Of a stretch of DNA of 46,297 nucleotides, positions 1 through 10,566 are shown one piece after another. Every line of letters begins with the position of its first letter. Position 1 is the first letter of the stretch. The DNA comes from Thermoplasmatota archaeon (lineage in GTDB: Archaea > Thermoplasmatota > E2 > DHVEG-1 > B18-G2), in NCBI GenBank assembly GCA_029259115.1, contig JAPDJO010000005.1:1-46297 (forward strand). Direction: 5' to 3'. The translations under genes and the position numbers were made by a program. Below the pieces are notes generated by a model that did not search any database, had not been told where the DNA came from, and saw only the letters and a list, made by a program, of their open reading frames with translations.

Positions 1-977
1 TTCCCGAATTCCCTTACTTCGTTTCTTGCCAATTTTATTTCTTTCCTTGTCTTTCCATCATACGCATGTAATATCAGAAAAGTGGAAAGATTGTCCACCT
101 CTCTGACCAAAGAGGGTAATTTACTCAAATTTATGACTACGACAGAGGAGTTCATCAGAACGGTATGGAGTTTTGGGAAAGGAAGTTTGTTCAGCACTTT
201 TGTAATAGGAGAGATCTTGTAACCGTATGATGTGAAATATTCGAATGTAATTGGTTCATAAATCTCTGCTGATAGTCTTGCAAAACTCTCGGGATTCAAA
301 TAGCTGTTATTTTTGAGTAACCATACCGGCTGATAGTATCTTTTTATGAGATCGTAACCAGCTATATGCTCTTGTGTTGTAACAAGATAGCTGACATAGG
401 GATAAATTTCATAAGACAACTCTATGGAACTCATACAACAAGAAGTGAATAAGACATCAATTTTCCTGCTTCCTCCGCATGTTACTATCTCAAGAGATTT
501 TGCAAAGTCTGAAAGATTCAAACCTCTACCTTTTCTATCGTTGAATGTATACCATTTCCATCCAGTAGCTCCACTTGCAAATGTTATAAAAGCGTAATAC
601 TTGGAAGGGAAGGTTTGCATGACATCTCTGCAAAACCTTTCAAACGTTACTCCACTACTCATATCAACTTCTGATGGCCAACCCATGACATCGTTCAATA
701 TCACTGTCTGTCCATCTCTATCAAAGTAGAGTATCCTTGAGTCATTATATCTTGGACCATCAATTAAAACAATTAGATTAAAGTTAGGTCCAGATCCTAT
801 CTTTGAGAGATTCTCCATCAGCAGATCTGCATACGCATCCATACCTCCTGTTTCCCCACAGATGTAGTACATCACGGTCCAGTTTGTCAGAGATTCTTTG
901 TCCCCCTCTGTAAATGTTGCTATAGTTGTCATGAAAAACAGGAAGAGTATGATGAGTAAGGTTTTCAATTTGATCAT
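1..977 (-). CDS. Secreted clostripain-family (peptidase C11) protein, 3' end outside window
   Basis: Not in the ORF track; translated by hand from ATG 977 and open to the window edge. Signal-like MIKLKTLLIILFLFF, then NWTVMYY, EVDMSSGVTFERF, FPSKYYAFITFASGATGW, KIDVLFTSCCMSSIELSYEI, which follow the clostripain motif order. Confidence 0.8.
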   Translation of the reverse strand, partial: MIKLKTLLIILFLFFMTTIATFTEGDKESLTNWTVMYYICGETGGMDAYADLLMENLSKIGSGPNFNLIVLIDGPRYNDSRILYFDRDGQTVILNDVMGWPSEVDMSSGVTFERFCRDVMQTFPSKYYAFITFASGATGWKWYTFNDRKGRGLNLSDFAKSLEIVTCGGSRKIDVLFTSCCMSSIELSYEIYPYVSYLVTTQEHIAGYDLIKRYYQPVWLLKNNSYLNPESFARLSAEIYEPITFEYFTSYGYKISPITKVLNKLPFPKLHTVLMNSSVVVINLSKLPSLVREVDNLSTFLILHAYDGKTRKEIKLARNEVREFG

Positions 978-1020
978 TATGAATATAATATAATTGAATC
1001 AATATAAATTTATAGCCAAA

Positions 1021-2175
1021 CTAACTAACAATTTCTTTCAGCTTATCCATCTCAATTGCTCTCCTGATTTCCATTGCTACCCTCCTCCCTGTGCTCATCG
1101 GTTTTCTCCAGAGTGTGTTTCCATAGGGATGTCCAACAGACATGTGAACATTCGTTCCTCCTCCAACTCTTGGAGCAACGTCGTAGATGTAGAAGTTGAG
1201 ATCTTTATCCACGCAGGTCTGCAGGCAGAATGGACCAATGATTCCATATTCGTAGTGTTCCCATGTTGCCTTGACGAAAGTTTCTCCAAGTTTGAACGCT
1301 TTTTCAAGGAGAGATTCTCTGAGTGTCGCTGAGTTATGGCCACATACTGTGTATTCAGGAATCATCTGGTGTTCAGGTAGACTTAACTGCTGATGAGCTG
1401 GCAATCTAACATGACCATCTAAGCTGGTTTCAAATCTCCAGTCTATCCCAAGGAGTTCGAGTTTGCTACCTTTTTCCTCTATTGGAGAGTAAAAGAAGTC
1501 TAGGTTGAATACTGGCCCTATGATGTACCTCTCTATCCTTGCTTTTTCGAGGTCTTCCTTGGTTATAACTCCCTGCCTGATGAGTTTCTCTGATTTTTCC
1601 TTGTACTCTTTGTAAGAGGAGCATGTGAAGAATCCTCTCTCCAGTTTCTTAACAGCATGATGGAGTTTAACTATGCAGAGTTCGTTGATATCTTCGGGAT
1701 TTTCAATCTTCTCGGGGAAAGGGAGGCCAGCTTTTTCAAGGAGCCAGTAATAATCCTGCTTTTCTCCTCTCTCCTCAGTTCTGAGCAGAATTCTGGAACC
1801 GAACATCGGAACAAGAAAGTTGTTCTCTATTTCATCGATACTGCAGTAGGAAGTGAATGATCTGTTTGGGACAAATATAACGTTGTTATCCCTGAGTTTT
1901 TTCTGGTTTTCATCCTTCAAGATTTCGCTGAATTTATCGAATATCCATGTCTCATCTATACAACCCCTTACCAGTTTACCATTTTCTCTTATAGATTTGA
2001 AATACTCAGCATAGGCTTTCTCTCTGCCTTTCTGACATACAGCCAAAGTTCTGAATCCTTCCTCCACGGCACCATCACACACATCCAGAGCTGAATGAGA
2101 TGCGATCACTCCAATTTTTACATCCTCTAAGTTATACTCATCTACTATACTCTGTATATCTTTTCTTGATATCAT
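1021..2175 (-). CDS. PurP-like ATP-grasp protein (FAICAR synthetase-like paralog)
   Basis: IASHSALDVCDGAVEEGF, VPNRSF, GPFCLQ, RVGGGTN, MSTGRRVAMEI. Likely start MISRKDIQ at 2175; the track start at 2292 overlaps the divergent gene. Confidence 0.9.
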   Translation of the reverse strand: MISRKDIQSIVDEYNLEDVKIGVIASHSALDVCDGAVEEGFRTLAVCQKGREKAYAEYFKSIRENGKLVRGCIDETWIFDKFSEILKDENQKKLRDNNVIFVPNRSFTSYCSIDEIENNFLVPMFGSRILLRTEERGEKQDYYWLLEKAGLPFPEKIENPEDINELCIVKLHHAVKKLERGFFTCSSYKEYKEKSEKLIRQGVITKEDLEKARIERYIIGPVFNLDFFYSPIEEKGSKLELLGIDWRFETSLDGHVRLPAHQQLSLPEHQMIPEYTVCGHNSATLRESLLEKAFKLGETFVKATWEHYEYGIIGPFCLQTCVDKDLNFYIYDVAPRVGGGTNVHMSVGHPYGNTLWRKPMSTGRRVAMEIRRAIEMDKLKEIVS

Positions 2176-2269
2176 GACTTTAACCCCCTTTTTCTTGGGA
2201 ATTGAGTTTGATGTTATAAATGTACCTGCCCGGAGGATTTTTATAAACAATGCTAGATAACGATACGGA

Positions 2270-2593
2270 ATGAGATTCAATTCTAAATACAAAACTATAG
2301 TAAGGTTGATCGGCGCATCTCTGATTATAATCGGTATGACACTAGTAATAACGAGTCACCTAGAGTCTTTAAATATAAGGCCAGAAAACCTCTATGACAA
2401 AGCGCAAGAACTGATGATACAGTTTCTTGTGGGATCGATAATAGCTGCGGTGGGAACAGCCCTGATTGGTTTTACTCTAACTGGTTCAAAATATCATGAG
2501 ACCAAAGGTTCAATTAAGATAAGATGTCCTCATTGCGGATATTTAGAAAGTGAGGATGCACTATTCTGTAGTAGATGCGGAAGAAGATTGTAG
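2270..2593 (+). CDS. Small membrane protein with C-terminal zinc ribbon
   Basis: Two hydrophobic segments, then CPHCG...FCSRCG. Confidence 0.8.
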   Translation: MRFNSKYKTIVRLIGASLIIIGMTLVITSHLESLNIRPENLYDKAQELMIQFLVGSIIAAVGTALIGFTLTGSKYHETKGSIKIRCPHCGYLESEDALFCSRCGRRL

Positions 2594-4462
2594 TTATCCA
2601 GCAAATTTTGCCCTTTGAGATAGAAGCAATGGTAATGGCAATCTATCTTGAGGATATCCTTTAGTTCTTTTCTTAATCAGTTCAAAAATATCCTCTAGAG
2701 TATACTCTTCTCTACCATCGTCTAACTCAGCCTTTCTGAATCTAGGTTTAAATTTCTCACTCTCCTTCTCTTTTTCTCCAACTACTATGATTATAGGAAT
2801 CCACTCTCTTTCTGCCTCTCTTATCTTCTTTGCAACACTCTCCTCTCTATCATCTATATCAACTCTAACCTTGATACCATCTCCCATGTTTTCTAGTTCT
2901 TCTGCAAACTTCCTGCAATCCTCAACAAATTCCTGACCAACTGGAATAAATCTAACCTGTGTTGGAGATAGCCATAGAGGAAGCATCGGCTTTTCTCCCT
3001 TGTTCATCTTCATTGCTTCTCTTTCAAGGAGGGCATAAAGGCATCTATCAATACTTCCAGATATGCTCGCATGAAGAATGTAAGGATACTTCTCTTCCCC
3101 TTCCTTGTCAACATACTTTATACCAAACCTCTTTGCATTCTCTACATCTATCTGAACCGTAGATAAAGCGCTTGCTTTGTTCGTGGTATCTATAACATTA
3201 AACTCAAACTTCATCACGAAGTAAAAGTATCTTTCATCCCATATCTCAACCAGTGCAGGTCTTCCAACTAACCTCACCAACTCCTTTGCGAACTCCTTGT
3301 TCTCCTCATAAAAATCTCTTACAAACCTTATTGCAACCTCATAATCCAGACCAAGAGCTTTCATCCATCTCGTCGATGCCTCAAACTGCCTCTTGAACTC
3401 TGCTTTTGCCTGCTCCATATCTGCGCAGAGTGTATGCATATCAGGCATGGTAAATGCTCTCAATCTCCTCAATCCAGATAACTCTCCGCTCTGCTCCCTC
3501 CTGAAACTATAGTGCGTAAGCTCGTATAACCTCAACGGCAGATTCTTATAAGATATTATCATATCCTTAGCTATCATATACTGCCCGAAGCAAGCCGCAA
3601 ATCTCAAGAAAAACTCCTTTTCATCAGATTTAACAATATACTGTCTGGCTGGAAACTTCTTTACATACTCACTCAGAGCTGGATGTTCGATATCATACAT
3701 TATAGGCGTTTCTACTTGCATCCCTCCAAGTTCTTTACAGATCTCTGTCACGTATCTTTCAAGTAAACCTTTTACTAACCTACCTTTTGGATACCATCTG
3801 AAGTTTCCAGAATCGCTACTTTCTTCATAATCTACCAATTCTAATCTTCTCATTATCTTAATATGGGCAGGCTCTTTAGTTGCTCTTCTGCTTCCTTTGC
3901 TTTCATAGTCATATAGAATCTTGAGTTCAGGATAGTTTGAGTAATCGAAATCATCCGCATCCATGAGTTCTCCTTCAGGAGTTAGTATATACCAATGAGA
4001 AATCACTTCCTTCTCCTTTTCAACAGCTGTTTTTTCTCTTTTTGGAGATACGTCTCTTGATAATTCTGACAAGGGATGACCTTTACAGGATATCCTGAAA
4101 GCCTTGTACCATCCAAAAGGAGATCTCTTCACGTTGAAACTCGCTTTCAATTTTTCCTCTATACTCCTCAGAATTTCCATCGCTATTTTTGGTCTGGCAA
4201 GATCAGGTGAGAGATGGGCATAGGGGTAGAGCATTATGTTTTTTACCTTGAGCTCATTTGCGACTTTTTCTATCTCTTTGCAACTACTCTCTGCAGCTCC
4301 TTCAGGATCCTTTTCATCCTTTTTTTCTACAGCTATAAAAGCGACCAAAGCTTCATCCAGTCTACCTTTCTTTTTTTCCTCATCGATTTCCTCTGGATTC
4401 TTTATCGCTCTACTTTTGACCTCGTATTCTATAAAATCACTATGTATCAGCAGTAGTTTCAT
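2594..4462 (-). CDS. thrS: Threonine--tRNA ligase (archaeal type, N-terminal editing domain)
   Basis: [53 protein letters not shown]. Confidence 0.97.
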   Translation of the reverse strand: MKLLLIHSDFIEYEVKSRAIKNPEEIDEEKKKGRLDEALVAFIAVEKKDEKDPEGAAESSCKEIEKVANELKVKNIMLYPYAHLSPDLARPKIAMEILRSIEEKLKASFNVKRSPFGWYKAFRISCKGHPLSELSRDVSPKREKTAVEKEKEVISHWYILTPEGELMDADDFDYSNYPELKILYDYESKGSRRATKEPAHIKIMRRLELVDYEESSDSGNFRWYPKGRLVKGLLERYVTEICKELGGMQVETPIMYDIEHPALSEYVKKFPARQYIVKSDEKEFFLRFAACFGQYMIAKDMIISYKNLPLRLYELTHYSFRREQSGELSGLRRLRAFTMPDMHTLCADMEQAKAEFKRQFEASTRWMKALGLDYEVAIRFVRDFYEENKEFAKELVRLVGRPALVEIWDERYFYFVMKFEFNVIDTTNKASALSTVQIDVENAKRFGIKYVDKEGEEKYPYILHASISGSIDRCLYALLEREAMKMNKGEKPMLPLWLSPTQVRFIPVGQEFVEDCRKFAEELENMGDGIKVRVDIDDREESVAKKIREAEREWIPIIIVVGEKEKESEKFKPRFRKAELDDGREEYTLEDIFELIKKRTKGYPQDRLPLPLLLSQRAKFAG

Positions 4463-4510
4463 GCAAAACCAGAAAGAGCTTTAGCTTATTAAAGCTAATC
4501 TTTCAGTTAT

Positions 4511-4590
4511 GGGGGAGGCGGCGGAGGTGCCCCACTAGCACAAGAAGTAGCGAGTGCATCCCCAGTGCAATCCCATCTCTCCGCCTGAGT
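4511..4590 (-). ncRNA. Candidate structured non-coding RNA (unassigned); also holds a 13-codon micro-ORF
   Basis: 50/77 GC over 4511-4587 in an AT-rich intergenic gap; outer stem GGCGGAG/CUCCGCC; inner G-U-containing hairpin that pairs well only on the minus strand; TTCATAAA box upstream. Confidence 0.55.
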
Positions 4591-4643
4591 TTCGAATTAA
4601 ATTAGAGATTTATGAAATTTTCGCTTCGCTTCTTTCTGCAATT

Positions 4644-5585
4644 TTAGATTTCCCTGAGTAGATCTCTTATAGCTTTCCTTACCGCCTCATCCGACTCGTA
4701 TTTTGGTTTCCATCCTAAAGATTTTATCTTCTCTATGTTGAACTGAAATCTAGGAACATCCCCCTTCCATCCTCTATCTCCACCTGTATACCTGAATTTG
4801 ACATCTTTCAATCCCATCTCTTCCACGACCATTTTTGCTATATCATTAACCTCTGTTGCTCCTTCGGTACCAAGGTTAAACAGATTTATTTGATCAGAAG
4901 ATCTTTCAAAACCAAATAGCATACCATCTATGCAATCACTGATGTAAAGATATGACTTCTTTTGTTTTCCATTTCCAAGAATCTCTAACTCTTTTGGGTT
5001 TTTCCTTAACTTTTTTATGAAATCAAAGATCACTCCATGCGTAGATCTTGATCCAACAACATTTGCAAATCTGAATATCCATCCCTTCATATCGAAGGTG
5101 TGACAGAAAGATGAAATCAACGCTTCACATGCAAGTTTTGCCGCACCATATACAGATATCGGTAAGAGAGGACCATAATCCTCTTTCAATGGTACAGGTG
5201 GAGCTTCCCCATAGACCGTGCTACTAGAAGAAAAAACTATATTTTTCACATCTCTCTTTCTCATTGCATCCAACAAATTATAGGTTGCTAGAATATCTAT
5301 CTTGGATATCTCTGGCATTTTTTCTCCAAGTCTTACATCAGGAATAGCTGCCAAATGAAAGACAACATCATAACCTTCTTTCAACTCTCTATCTATTACA
5401 TCACCATCCAAAAGATCAGCCCTTACCAGTTTGAAGTATCCCTTTCCTACATGATGTTGTATAAAATCTTCCCTACCAGAGCTAAAGTTATCATAAACTG
5501 TAACTTTTTCATATCCTTCATTGGCTAACCTATCAACCAGATGCGACCCTATAAATCCTGCTCCTCCAGTCACTAAAGCTCGCAT
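4644..5585 (-). CDS. NAD-dependent nucleotide-sugar epimerase/dehydratase (GalE-like extended SDR)
   Basis: TGGAGFIGSHL, YGAAK (YxxxK), FRFANVVG. Confidence 0.93.
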   Translation of the reverse strand: MRALVTGGAGFIGSHLVDRLANEGYEKVTVYDNFSSGREDFIQHHVGKGYFKLVRADLLDGDVIDRELKEGYDVVFHLAAIPDVRLGEKMPEISKIDILATYNLLDAMRKRDVKNIVFSSSSTVYGEAPPVPLKEDYGPLLPISVYGAAKLACEALISSFCHTFDMKGWIFRFANVVGSRSTHGVIFDFIKKLRKNPKELEILGNGKQKKSYLYISDCIDGMLFGFERSSDQINLFNLGTEGATEVNDIAKMVVEEMGLKDVKFRYTGGDRGWKGDVPRFQFNIEKIKSLGWKPKYESDEAVRKAIRDLLREI

Positions 5586-5746
5586 GATGTCGCATATCTG
5601 GATACATTATTTAAGATTATTCACAAAAGATCGATTGTGAATTTTTAGAATTTCATACAACAAATCTTAGGTAAGCATTTTTCACTCCGTCATTGATTAT
5701 GAATATCAAATGTGAAAAGATAAGCAATTATATGCACAGCTATTCA

Positions 5747-6901
5747 CTACTTTTCCCTGTCACAATACCCTCTCGCCTTCTTTTGGTCGTATGACTTAAA
5801 AATGTACTGATTAATTCTTTCTGCACGTAGAGGGTGTAAGTGTGATAGTCCGGGAAGAGACAGTCGAGAGATGAAGGTAATGTTTCGGTTTAATCTATGT
5901 ATCTTTGATATAGTATACAGGAAATTGAGGCCACCAAAGTCAATTTTTGTTTTTTCTGTTTTTTTGCCCCTTGAAGAACTTTCTCTCTCTATGGTACTTA
6001 CATTATAACTCTTCTTTTTCTTCACCTCTAAGGTTATTTCTTTCCAATCACTCTCTAATCCAAGTTTGTACTCTACTGCTTTGGCCTTAACTTTGTATTT
6101 GCCCGGAGAAGAATACGTATGGGAGAACTCTATCCAATAACTCCGTTTGTAATCACAATATACATCCTCGCAGTCCGCTGTCCCATCGCCATAGTCTATT
6201 ATAATCCTGTATTTGTTAATATATAGAGAAGGAGCAAATTCCCCACCGACACGGATTTTTATAGGTTTACCTACGTATGCCGGCTCCATTTCAGGCGAAA
6301 CTTTATTTGGTTCGGGGGGGTAAAAACAGAAGTGTAGAGTGACGCTCTTTTTTACCTCTTTTCTGAGGGTGGGTTTGTCACTCCAGAATATAGGATCATC
6401 GTTCCTATAATACTGAGCTTTTAATACAATTTCAGTTTCTGGCCAGGAGTTTTCTGCATCCCACGGACGATCTTCTATATACATTCTTTTCTCCGGATGT
6501 TCATCTGTGGAGCAACTGTCATCCTTTCCCCATGTATCGTAAATGGTTACCTTATCTGAGACCTTACATGGATGCTGATATGACCCACCCAGAACTATGC
6601 TAAAGACCCACTTCTCTTTGTAATGACTGTCCTCTTTGATCTCCCAATCAACCCAAAATCTAAATCTTTCGGACGCTTCTTCTATGTGGGCTGGGACAAG
6701 GATAACATTTTTTTCTCTATCATAGTAATCCCCATAAAGTTCTATAGACGGGTTACCATTTATAATTTTGAGTTTCCCTATAACGATATCCTGTCCACCC
6801 AGAGGATCAGCTTTGACAATTGGAATCCTGTCGAGAGCCATTGTAGGCATTATAAGGAATAAAGAACACAATACTGGAACCAGTCTTTTCACCTTCACCA
6901 T
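5747..6901 (-). CDS. Secreted protein with PKD-like domain
   Basis: Signal-like N-terminus (KRLVPVLCSLFLIMPTMA); IDYGDGT...FSHTYSSPGKYKVKAKA PKD signature; likely ATG at 6901. Confidence 0.75.
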   Translation of the reverse strand: MVKVKRLVPVLCSLFLIMPTMALDRIPIVKADPLGGQDIVIGKLKIINGNPSIELYGDYYDREKNVILVPAHIEEASERFRFWVDWEIKEDSHYKEKWVFSIVLGGSYQHPCKVSDKVTIYDTWGKDDSCSTDEHPEKRMYIEDRPWDAENSWPETEIVLKAQYYRNDDPIFWSDKPTLRKEVKKSVTLHFCFYPPEPNKVSPEMEPAYVGKPIKIRVGGEFAPSLYINKYRIIIDYGDGTADCEDVYCDYKRSYWIEFSHTYSSPGKYKVKAKAVEYKLGLESDWKEITLEVKKKKSYNVSTIERESSSRGKKTEKTKIDFGGLNFLYTISKIHRLNRNITFISRLSLPGLSHLHPLRAERINQYIFKSYDQKKARGYCDREK

Positions 6902-6984
6902 CCTAATCACCTTCGGATATAATCTCAAACTTTATTTATAAGTTTTTTATTTATAAATTTTTCTATATAGAAATCGTAGGGAGA

Positions 6985-7059
6985 CGGACCCGCCGGGATT
7001 CGAACCCGGGACCTGCAGCTTAGGAGGCTGCCGCCATATCCTGTCTAGGCTACGGGTCC
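6985..7059 (-). tRNA. tRNA-Arg(CCU)
   Basis: Acceptor GGACCCG/CGGGTCC, anticodon arm GCAGC-CT-CCT-AA-GCTGC, T loop GGTTCGAATCC; CCA not encoded. Confidence 0.97.
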
Positions 7060-7736
7060 ACCTCTACCGTAAAGCTAACGCTAGCATTACCCTGCAAGTC
7101 CCTTAATCTAACAACTTCTACTTCAATATTTCTGGATCTAAGATGCTCTTCAATCCCTGGAATATGCCCATCTCCAACAAATGCTATTATCTTTTCATAC
7201 TCCCTGGATAATTCTTCCAATCTTTTCGCCATATATTCGTTCCTCTCATCTATCAAAACCCTCTTTAGAGAGGGAAAACTCTTTCCTATTTCTTCAATGA
7301 CCTCATCTACTCTATCCTTAAACTTGTTGATCTCCTTCTCTATGGTCGATCTCCTGCCTATGAGACCAAATATGCCAGAGAAAATAATCCTGAATTTTTC
7401 TCTTAGACTCATACTCTTCCAGAACTTTCTGAATATCTCCTCTGCATCCATATCTATGAATTTTACAGGTATGCCTTTACTTTTGGCTAGATCTATTGCT
7501 GTAATCATCTCTTCTCCAACTCTTGTACCATACCACTCAGCTACTCTCTGTTGGAATTTGGATAAAATTCTGTACATGATAGGAATATTTCTGCTATCCT
7601 TGTCACCTGACATCATTGCTGCAAATCTTTTTTCATCTAGCTCGACGCACACAACATCTGGAGATTTTTCTTCTATTAGCTGAATGATCTTCGAAGACAG
7701 ATCAAACACATGTCCCGTTCCTACTAGAATGATCAT
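7050..7736 (-). CDS. TraB/PrgY/GumN-family protein
   Basis: MIILVGTGHV, VCVELD, GEEM, LIDERNEYMA, VGDGHIPGI. Start at 7736; the stop overlaps tRNA-Arg. Confidence 0.88.
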   Translation of the reverse strand: MIILVGTGHVFDLSSKIIQLIEEKSPDVVCVELDEKRFAAMMSGDKDSRNIPIMYRILSKFQQRVAEWYGTRVGEEMITAIDLAKSKGIPVKFIDMDAEEIFRKFWKSMSLREKFRIIFSGIFGLIGRRSTIEKEINKFKDRVDEVIEEIGKSFPSLKRVLIDERNEYMAKRLEELSREYEKIIAFVGDGHIPGIEEHLRSRNIEVEVVRLRDLQGNASVSFTVEVDP

Positions 7737-7801
7737 GCAAATTTGGGATAGGCTTTTATAAGAAAAAAGTATTCCAATTTTTCCCAAAACAGGTGATAGC
7801 C

Positions 7802-7999
7802 TTGGGAAACATAAAAACCCTGCATATAAAACAGGTAGCCATTCAGCTGGTCGAGAAGTTTCCAGATCAATTCTCAAAGGATTTTGAGCACAATAAAAAG
7901 AAGGTCGCAGAACTTACAGATATAAAAAGTAAAGAAGTGAGAAATAGGGTAGCGGGATATGTAACCAGATATTACACATTGAAATTCAGAAACACGTAA
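7802..7999 (+). CDS. rps17e: 30S ribosomal protein S17e
   Basis: GNIK...FSKDFEHNKK...SKEVRNRVAGYVTR; GGTGA SD before TTG 7802. Confidence 0.95.
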   Translation: MGNIKTLHIKQVAIQLVEKFPDQFSKDFEHNKKKVAELTDIKSKEVRNRVAGYVTRYYTLKFRNT

Positions 8000-8063
8000 C
8001 CCATTTTTGAGTAACAACTCAAGTTTTAATACTAACATGTTTTATGCCAACTTAGGGGGTTCT

Positions 8064-8737
8064 ATGAACTCAGAGGACAAGGTAGAGAGAGCTATCAGAG
8101 ATCTCAAGAATGGAAAGATGGTCTTAGTACATGATAGCGATGCCAGAGAAGATGAGACCGATCTAATACTACCAGCGCAGTTCGCAGATAAAGATTCTAT
8201 AAAAACAATGCGAAAGGATGGAGGAGGTCTAATCGTTTTGATGATATCGAGCGAGATAGCAGAAAAGTTCGATCTCAAATACTTAGCAGACATCTATCAG
8301 GACATCTCAGATAGATATCCAACGTTAGGCAAGCTTCTACCTCTCGATTTACCATATGATACAAAATCTTCTTTCTCCATATCAATAAACCATAGAGAGA
8401 CATTCACTGGGATATCAGATATAGATAGGAGCTTAACTGCTAGAAGATTTGCAGAGCTAGCTGGAAATGGGGACATCAATGATTTTGTCAGGGAATTCAG
8501 ATCGCCGGGTCATGTTCCGATATGTATAGCTAGGAAAGGTTTACTGAGCGAGAGAAAAGGCCACACAGAGCTTGCTGTAACTTTGCTAAAGATCTCGAAT
8601 CTTATACCAGTAGCCCTTGGTTGTGAGATGATAGGAGAAGATGGAAGGAGTTTGAGCAGAGATCTTGCAGAGAGATATGCGAGAGAGAAAAACCTTATCT
8701 TTCTAGAGGGGTATGAGATAGAGGAGGTAGCAGAAAA

Positions 8738-8753
<16 letters not shown>
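8064..8753 (+). CDS. ribB: 3,4-dihydroxy-2-butanone 4-phosphate synthase
   Basis: DSDAREDETD, TFTGISDIDR, FRSPGHV, RKGHTE, CEM. Confidence 0.95.
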
Positions 8754-10083
<1,330 letters not shown>

Positions 10084-10087
<4 letters not shown>

Positions 10088-10563
10088 TCCTCTTTCTCTC
10101 TATCTATCATCGAAAAAAGAGATGGTAGGTGTATAGTGTAAGATCCGTTCTTCTGTATTATTATAAGTTCTTCTTCCAGTAAGCTTTTTAGATCAAGTTT
10201 GTACCTGCCCGGCTCTTCTATAGTTATGGTTTCAGGTTCCTCATTCTTCTCTTCCAGCAACTTCTTAATCCTCTCTTCCCTCTCTTTTTCATCTATCCAG
10301 AATTTCTCTTTACCTTCTGATATCTCCTTAAAAACTTTCTTCACATCCTCTGGTTTAACATCTTTCAGATCTTTTTGAAATATCTCAGCAAATCTCTCTT
10401 CGATTTTGGATTCAACTTCCTTTCTGACCTTTTCCCTTTCCTCCTTGGACAAAGGCTCTTTGATATAGAAGAATCTCTTCCCCCCACACTTTGGACAACC
10501 TTTTAGCAAATAAGGTGAACCTTCCTCAAACACCTCTCCACAATTTAGGCACTGATGGGGCAT
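10084..10563 (-). CDS. oapC: OapC-family zinc-ribbon protein
   Basis: MPHQCLNCG...[15 protein letters not shown]; C-terminal [15 protein letters not shown]; third gene of the oap cluster. Confidence 0.85.
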
Positions 10564-10566
10564 AGC

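Noticed and set aside
784-1332. Track ORFs 784-1002 (-) and 994-1332 (+)
   Set aside because: Out-of-frame or antisense shadows of the clostripain-like and PurP-like genes.
4509-4530. CCGCCGCCUCCCCCA as a tRNA or tmRNA 3' end or att site
   Set aside because: No T-loop (GTTCRA), no cloverleaf, and no match to the 3' ends of the four tRNAs in the window.
4518-4540. UAGUGGGGCACC upstream of thrS as a T-box antiterminator
   Set aside because: It does not match the UGGNACC bulge, there is no stem I/specifier loop or room for one, and T-boxes are not established in archaea.
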